Positions 57,221-64,000 of a stretch of DNA of 64,000 bases are shown here, one piece after another (position 1 is the first letter of the stretch; each line of letters starts with the position of its first letter). This stretch comes from Escherichia coli (lineage in GTDB: Bacteria > Pseudomonadota > Gammaproteobacteria > Enterobacterales > Enterobacteriaceae), in the NCBI RefSeq assembly GCF_016026235.1, contig NZ_CP065613.1, one strand, 5' to 3'. The position numbers and the translations under genes are program-made. The notes beneath the pieces were generated by a model. It searched no databases. It worked only from the letters and a program-made list of their open reading frames with translations, and had not been told where the DNA came from.

Positions 57221-58573
57221 TTATTTCCAGATACGTAATTCATCGTCCGTTGTAACTTCTTTACTGGCTTTCATTTTCGGCAGTGAAAACGCATACCAGT
57301 CGATATTACGAGTCACAAACATCATGCCGGCCAGCGCCACCACCAGCACACTGGTTCCCAACAACAGCGCGCTATCGACAGAGTTGAGCAGTCCCCACAT
57401 CACTCCATCCAGCAACAACAGCGCGAGGGTAAACAACATGCTATTGCGCCAGCCTTTCAATACCGCCTGCAAATAAATACCGTTCATTAACGCCCCAATC
57501 AGACTGGCGATTATCCATGCCACGGTAAAACCGATATGTTCAGAAAGCGCCAGCAAGAGCAAATAAAACATCACCAATGAAAGCCCCACCAGCAAATATT
57601 GCATTGGGTGTAAACGTTGCGCGGTGAGCGTTTCAAAAACAAAGAACGCCATAAAAGTCAGTGCAATCAGCAGAATGGCGTACTTAGTCGCCCGGTCCGT
57701 TAATTGGTATTGATCGGCTGGCGTCGTCACTGCGACGCTAAACGCGGGGAAGTTTTCCCAGCCGGTATCATTGCCTGAAGCAAAACGCTCACCGAGATTA
57801 TTAGCAAACCAGCTGCTTTGCCATTGCGCCTGAAAACCTGACTCGCTAACTTCCCGTTTGGCTGGCAAAAAATCACCTAAAAAACTGGGATGCGGCCAGT
57901 TGCTGGTTAAGGTCATTTCGCTATTACGCCCGGCAGGCACCACAGAAAGATCGCCGGTACCGCTTAAATTCAGGGCCATATTCAGCTTCAGGTTCTGCTT
58001 CCGCCAGTCCCCTTCGGGTAAAGGGATATGCACGCCCTGCCCGCCTTGCTCTAACCCGGTGCCGGGTTCAATGGTCAGCGCCGTTCCGTTAACTTCAGGC
58101 GCTTTCACCACACCAATACCACGCGCATCCCCGACGCTAATCACAATAAATGGCTTGCCAAAGGTGATATTTGGCGCGTCGAGTTCGCTAAGACGCGAAA
58201 CATCGAAATCGGCTTTTAGCGTTAAATCACTGTGCCAGACCTGACCGGTATAAATCCCTATCTTGCGTTCTTCCACGTTCTGATTGCCATCAACCATCAA
58301 TGACTCAGGTAACCAAAAATGGATAAAACTTCGTTTCCGCTCCACGGTTTTATCCTCTTCCTGTACCGTATAAAGCTCGGTCACAGGAATAGCGATAAGC
58401 GGCCCAACGAGTTTTTGCGGCCCGCTGGTACTTTGGCGAATCGCATCTTCCACATCGCTACGGTAATCGGCACGTTCGACAATCACCTGCCGAATCAGCA
58501 TTATCGGAATCAACAACAGCAATACTGCACCAAACAGGGTGGTCATTTTCCAGAACAGGGGGGATTTCAACAT
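57221..58573 (-). CDS. creD: inner membrane protein CreD
   Basis: 450-aa ORF, last gene of creABCD. Confidence 0.92.
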   Translation of the reverse strand: MLKSPLFWKMTTLFGAVLLLLIPIMLIRQVIVERADYRSDVEDAIRQSTSGPQKLVGPLIAIPVTELYTVQEEDKTVERKRSFIHFWLPESLMVDGNQNVEERKIGIYTGQVWHSDLTLKADFDVSRLSELDAPNITFGKPFIVISVGDARGIGVVKAPEVNGTALTIEPGTGLEQGGQGVHIPLPEGDWRKQNLKLNMALNLSGTGDLSVVPAGRNSEMTLTSNWPHPSFLGDFLPAKREVSESGFQAQWQSSWFANNLGERFASGNDTGWENFPAFSVAVTTPADQYQLTDRATKYAILLIALTFMAFFVFETLTAQRLHPMQYLLVGLSLVMFYLLLLALSEHIGFTVAWIIASLIGALMNGIYLQAVLKGWRNSMLFTLALLLLDGVMWGLLNSVDSALLLGTSVLVVALAGMMFVTRNIDWYAFSLPKMKASKEVTTDDELRIWK

Positions 58574-58630
58574 AGTCTTCTCCTTTGCAATGGCAGCAGG
58601 ATACGAAGGCTATGTGGGAAGAATTTGAAG

Positions 58631-60055
58631 CTATGTGAAGTGACGGTGAAGTCGAAGCGAGGCCAGCACGCCACCTTCCTGCACGTTGCGCAGCGTGACT
58701 TCGCCGTTAAACAAACGGGCGACCTCACTGACGAACGCCAACCCCAGACCGCTGCTTTTTTGCCCATTTGCACGCGGCAAAGAGTAAAAGCGTTCAAAAA
58801 TACGTGACAGCGCGTAGTCAGGAATACCACTACCGGTATCCAGCACCTTAAGCGTGACGTGTTCCTGATCCACTTCGGCGCTTAGCGTTATACGACCGCT
58901 CTCGGGGGTAAAATCGATGGCGTTATCCAGTAAATTCCCCAGCGCCTGATCCAGTAACGCCGGTTCAGCAGCAACATTAACCTCGGTGGGCGTAACATGT
59001 AGAGTGATGTTTTTTTCTGCCAACTGCACGGTGCGCGCTTCGCTGACGCGGCGGAATAATGCCGCCACATCAACAGCAGTCAAAACGACTTCCTGACGAT
59101 TCTCCAGTCTTGCCTGGCGTAGTAACGTTTCCACCAGTGCCTGCATTCGCGCATTTTGCGTCAGAATGTTGTCAGTAAAACGAGCCACTACTTCAGGCGG
59201 CGGACCTTCGCGTAAAATTTCCGCCGCGCCACGAATCGCCGCCAGTGGGCTTTTTAGCTCATGGGTTAACGCATAAACATACTGCTCAATATAGTTTTTC
59301 CCTTCCAGCTTCACGCGCATACTTTCCAGCGCCTGCGCGAGTTTACGCAGCTCGCTACTACCGAGATCGGGAAGAGGAACGGGCTTATTGTCAGTGACGG
59401 AATCAGCATAGCGAGTGAGCCGGGCAATGGAGCGGTTGATCCACCAAACCATGCCTGCGCCAATCACCAGTGCGATCCCCAACAAAATGGCGCTGGCCCA
59501 TAAAATTCGCCGCTCGCTGCGTTTAATGACCGGAGCCATCGCCGCGTTCGGTTTGCCTACGCTCAAAACGCCAATAAGCCGCGAGCCGTCCATAATCGGC
59601 GCGGCAACATACATCACCGAACTTTCGGGATCGGCAGGATTTTGCAACGTGCTACGCGCACCATACTGACCACGCAACGTTAGCCAGACGTCATTCCAGC
59701 GCGAATAATCCTGCCCAACGGCTTTATTTGCCGAATCGAACAATACTTTGCCCTGCGCATCGGTCATATAGACATGATATTCATTGCGCACTTTGTTAAT
59801 GCCACCGATATTGGCGCGAAACGGGCGGTGTTGTAGCTGATTAAACGCCTGCGCCAGTTGCCCATGCGTTGGGTCCCCAGAGAGCAAATCGGGACGCGCC
59901 AGCTCCGCCAGCAACGTTGCGGTATCGATTAACGTCCCCTCCGTTGCTCTTCGCACGCCCGGTTTAACTTCTTTGACAAAAATAGCCAGTACGAACCAGG
60001 CCGCCACCGCCACCAGTAAAAAATAGCCCAGCAGCAACCGCATGCCGATACGCAT
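58631..60055 (-). CDS. creC: sensor histidine kinase CreC
   Basis: 474-aa kinase with H-box (HELKSPLAAIRG) and ATPase domain. Confidence 0.93.
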   Translation of the reverse strand: MRIGMRLLLGYFLLVAVAAWFVLAIFVKEVKPGVRRATEGTLIDTATLLAELARPDLLSGDPTHGQLAQAFNQLQHRPFRANIGGINKVRNEYHVYMTDAQGKVLFDSANKAVGQDYSRWNDVWLTLRGQYGARSTLQNPADPESSVMYVAAPIMDGSRLIGVLSVGKPNAAMAPVIKRSERRILWASAILLGIALVIGAGMVWWINRSIARLTRYADSVTDNKPVPLPDLGSSELRKLAQALESMRVKLEGKNYIEQYVYALTHELKSPLAAIRGAAEILREGPPPEVVARFTDNILTQNARMQALVETLLRQARLENRQEVVLTAVDVAALFRRVSEARTVQLAEKNITLHVTPTEVNVAAEPALLDQALGNLLDNAIDFTPESGRITLSAEVDQEHVTLKVLDTGSGIPDYALSRIFERFYSLPRANGQKSSGLGLAFVSEVARLFNGEVTLRNVQEGGVLASLRLHRHFT

Positions 60056-60744
60056 TACAGGCCCCTCAGGCTATATCCCATGCCGCGATGAGTATTAATC
60101 GGAGAAAGATCGGGGTTGATGGCGCGCAGCTTGGCACGCAACGTTTTAATGTGGGTATCGACGGTGCGATCGTAGGTGTCCTGCGCATCTTCCCACACGC
60201 TATCCATTAGTTGCTGGCGGGACCAGACGCGGCCTGGCGACTTGAGTAACGTCTTCAGCAATAAAAACTCATACCGCGTCAGCGTTAATGGCGTGTCAAA
60301 CCAGCTGATCTGCGCCGCGGGTTCATTCAATTCAAAATGACCAATACGGATGACGGGAGACGGCGACGAGAACTTCTTCACCCGACGCAGTAAGGTGCGC
60401 ACCCTGGCGCACACTTCGCGGGGTGAAAACGGTTTAGCCACATAGTCGTCAGCGCCAATTTCCAGCCCAAGCAGGCGATCGACCTCTTCACTTCGGGCCG
60501 TCAGGAACAGTACAGGTAACGCCGGATGGAGCGCCAGTAACTGGCGGCACAATTCAAAGCCGCTGATATCAGGCAAACCAACATCGAGAATCATGACGTC
60601 GGGAACCTGCTGGCGAGCTTTATCCAGCACCGGCAAGCCTCGCTCAAAGACCTCGACGGCAAAACCTTCCTGCTGCAACATGTAGACCAGCGTGTCGGCT
60701 ATCCCTTGCTCATCTTCCACTAACCAGACCGTTTCCCGTTGCAT
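60055..60744 (-). CDS. creB: response regulator CreB
   Basis: 229-aa OmpR-family regulator; overlaps creC start. Confidence 0.93.
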   Translation of the reverse strand: MQRETVWLVEDEQGIADTLVYMLQQEGFAVEVFERGLPVLDKARQQVPDVMILDVGLPDISGFELCRQLLALHPALPVLFLTARSEEVDRLLGLEIGADDYVAKPFSPREVCARVRTLLRRVKKFSSPSPVIRIGHFELNEPAAQISWFDTPLTLTRYEFLLLKTLLKSPGRVWSRQQLMDSVWEDAQDTYDRTVDTHIKTLRAKLRAINPDLSPINTHRGMGYSLRGL

Positions 60745-60756
60745 AAATCGCCTCTG

Positions 60757-61230
60757 TTATTGCCGCCACGGCATGACAGGAACCGCGCTAATCGCGTTTT
60801 TCGGCGAACCTTCTACAACTTTGTCGGAGTAAGCCAGATAAGCGAGCGCGTTGCGTTTGGCGTCATAAAAGCGCACGACCTGTAACGACTTAAAGACCAG
60901 GGACGTGCGTTTTTTGAATACTACCTCGCCCTGAGCTTTGCCGTTTTTAATACGATCCGACAGTTCAATCGGCCCGACTTGCTGACAAGAAATAGCCGCA
61001 TCGGAGGTATCTTCCGCCAGACCCAATCCCCCTTTAATACCACCTGTTTTCGCCCGGCTCACATAACAGGTGACATTTTTCACATCGGGATCGTCAAAGG
61101 CTTCCACAACAATTTTGTGATCCGGGCCGATCATTTTAAATACGGTGTCGACCGAACCAATCTCTTCTGCATGAGCCAATGGCCCCAGCATTATCAGGCT
61201 TAAAGACAGGATCAAATGCTTGTATTTCAT
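60757..61230 (-). CDS. creA: periplasmic protein CreA
   Basis: 157-aa ORF with signal peptide. Confidence 0.9.
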
Positions 61231-61440
61231 ATTGTTACCATTTTTATCTATTACACGAGCAATTAGTTCGTCACGGTAAATAACATATTGATTAAGAACA
61301 AAATCTCAATACTTTTATTTCCGTCAAGCCCTAAAACATACTCTACTAAGAAAAAAACACTGAATGCTAAAACAGCAAAAAATGCTATTATCCAATTACC
61401 TGATGTCAGGTGCTCGTTGTTGAAAGGATGAGGATATTTT

Positions 61441-62310
61441 ATGGATCAGGCCGGCATTATTCGCGACCTTTTAATCTGGCTGGAAGGTCATCTGGATCAG
61501 CCCCTGTCGCTCGACAATGTAGCGGCGAAAGCAGGTTATTCCAAGTGGCACTTACAGAGAATGTTTAAAGATGTCACTGGCCATGCTATTGGCGCGTATA
61601 TTCGTGCTCGTCGTTTGTCGAAATCGGCGGTCGCACTACGCCTGACTGCGCGTCCGATTCTGGACATCGCGCTGCAATACCGCTTCGACTCTCAACAGAC
61701 ATTTACTCGCGCATTCAAGAAGCAGTTTGCCCAGACTCCTGCACTTTACCGCCGTTCTCCTGAATGGAGCGCCTTTGGTATTCGCCCGCCGCTACGTCTG
61801 GGTGAATTCACAATGCCAGAGCACAAATTTGTCACCCTGGAAGATACGCCGCTGATTGGTGTTACCCAGAGCTACTCCTGTTCGCTGGAGCAAATCTCTG
61901 ATTTCCGCCATGAAATGCGTTATCAGTTCTGGCACGATTTTCTCGGCAACGCGCCGACCATTCCGCCAGTGCTCTACGGCCTGAATGAAACGCGTCCGAG
62001 TCAGGATAAAGACGACGAACAAGAGGTATTCTATACCACCGCGTTAGCCCAGGATCAGGCAGATGGCTATGTACTGACGGGGCATCCGGTGATGCTGCAG
62101 GGCGGCGAATATGTGATGTTTACCTATGAAGGTCTGGGAACCGGCGTGCAGGAGTTTATCCTGACGGTATACGGAACGTGCATGCCAATGCTCAACCTGA
62201 CGCGCCGTAAAGGTCAGGATATTGAGCGATACTACCCGGCAGAAGACGCCAAAGCGGGAGATCGCCCAATTAATCTGCGCTGTGAACTGCTGATTCCTAT
62301 CCGCCGTTAA
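61441..62310 (+). CDS. rob: AraC/XylS-family right-origin-binding protein Rob
   Basis: 289-aa product with N-terminal dual HTH and C-terminal GyrI-like domain. Confidence 0.95.
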   Translation: MDQAGIIRDLLIWLEGHLDQPLSLDNVAAKAGYSKWHLQRMFKDVTGHAIGAYIRARRLSKSAVALRLTARPILDIALQYRFDSQQTFTRAFKKQFAQTPALYRRSPEWSAFGIRPPLRLGEFTMPEHKFVTLEDTPLIGVTQSYSCSLEQISDFRHEMRYQFWHDFLGNAPTIPPVLYGLNETRPSQDKDDEQEVFYTTALAQDQADGYVLTGHPVMLQGGEYVMFTYEGLGTGVQEFILTVYGTCMPMLNLTRRKGQDIERYYPAEDAKAGDRPINLRCELLIPIRR

Positions 62311-62954
62311 CGCTGCAGCTCATCTAATGCAGGGGCGTCCAGATGCGAGATGTCCCCTGCGGTTTCAACGACCCAGCCAGACGCCAGCCACAGGCTTTCC
62401 TGATAATCCACGCGCGAAATAGAACAGTTACGCAGACGTAAGCGGCGCTCTGCCCATGCTGGTAATCCGAGAATCGTACTCACCAGACATCCCAGTGCAA
62501 TACCATGGCTCACCAGCAGCGGTCGGCTTCCCTGCGGTAAGTCCCGGCAAGATTCCAGTGCCGCATTGACGCGATCGCTGAGCTCCTGCATTGACTCGCC
62601 TTCAGGAATACGCCCGTCAACGGTGCCATTGACCAGCTGCCGACGCCAGTTCTCTTCTTCTTCGGTCAGAGAATCGATATGTCTTTTTTCCAGCACACCC
62701 ATGTTTAATTCACGCAGGCGAGAATCAAAGATGATGTCACAGCCGCAGGCCTGGGCGATGATTTCCGCCGTACGCCGGGTGCGTCCTAAATCGCTACTGA
62801 TAATATGCGTAATGCCAAGCTCTTTGGCACGGGTTGCCACCTGCATCGCCTGTTGCTCACCTTTGGCGGTCAGCGGGCTGTCAGACTGGCCCTGAATACG
62901 TCGCTCGGCGTTCCACTGCGTTTCACCGTGGCGGACTAGGTATACCTGTAACAT
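62307..62954 (-). CDS. gpmB: probable phosphoglycerate mutase GpmB (YtjC)
   Basis: 215-aa histidine phosphatase (LVRHGETQWN). Confidence 0.93.
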   Translation of the reverse strand: MLQVYLVRHGETQWNAERRIQGQSDSPLTAKGEQQAMQVATRAKELGITHIISSDLGRTRRTAEIIAQACGCDIIFDSRLRELNMGVLEKRHIDSLTEEEENWRRQLVNGTVDGRIPEGESMQELSDRVNAALESCRDLPQGSRPLLVSHGIALGCLVSTILGLPAWAERRLRLRNCSISRVDYQESLWLASGWVVETAGDISHLDAPALDELQR

Positions 62955-62993
62955 GCTTTTTTTCCGTATACTGCTGTAACGTTAATTTTCTGA

Positions 62994-63527
<534 letters not shown>

Positions 63528-63606
63528 GACGGATAAGGCGTTCACGCCGCATCCGGCATTCGGTGCACGATGCCTGATGCGACGCTGCCGCGTCTTATCA
63601 GGCCTA
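63528..63606. repeat. REP palindromic element
   Basis: GGCGTTCACGCCGCATCCGGCA...GCCTGATGCGACGCTGCCGCGTCTTATCAGGCCTAC. Confidence 0.6.
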
Positions 63607-63611
63607 CAAAA

Positions 63612-63953
<342 letters not shown>

Positions 63954-64000
63954 TTAGCGGGGGAAGCAAAATGCCTCCCCCGGTTGTACTCGCTAAAGAG

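Overview
Enterobacterial (E. coli-like) chromosomal window in three parts. (1) 1-19160: a conserved housekeeping block (rraB, yjgM, yjgN, valS, holC, pepA, lptFG, yjgR, idnRTOD/idnK, ahr) ending at tRNA-Leu (leuX). (2) 19160-38150: a mosaic, decayed genomic island at leuX. It opens with a P4-type integrase followed by an AT-rich cargo gene encoding a reverse transcriptase fused to a nitrilase domain (DRT1/UG1-like antiphage architecture), translationally coupled to a small membrane-anchored protein, then a Psu-like gene truncated by IS1. Further in are two accessory PTS sugar modules, IS fragments and an IS110-family element. (3) 38150-64000: hokC/mokC, dnaJ-dnaK, yaaI...talB, thrLABC, yjtD, arcA, creDCBA, rob, gpmB, yjjX, trpR, in an orientation and adjacency that implies a large rearrangement relative to E. 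coli K-12. Three near-identical copies of a ~1295-bp IS4-family (IS10-like) element with 9-bp target duplications interrupt a terminator hairpin, the 3' end of the RT-nitrilase gene and the 3' flank of hokC. Gene names follow E. coli K-12 by recognition of the translated products. Hand-derived coordinates of non-ORF features may be off by 1-2 bp. No CRISPR array was seen.
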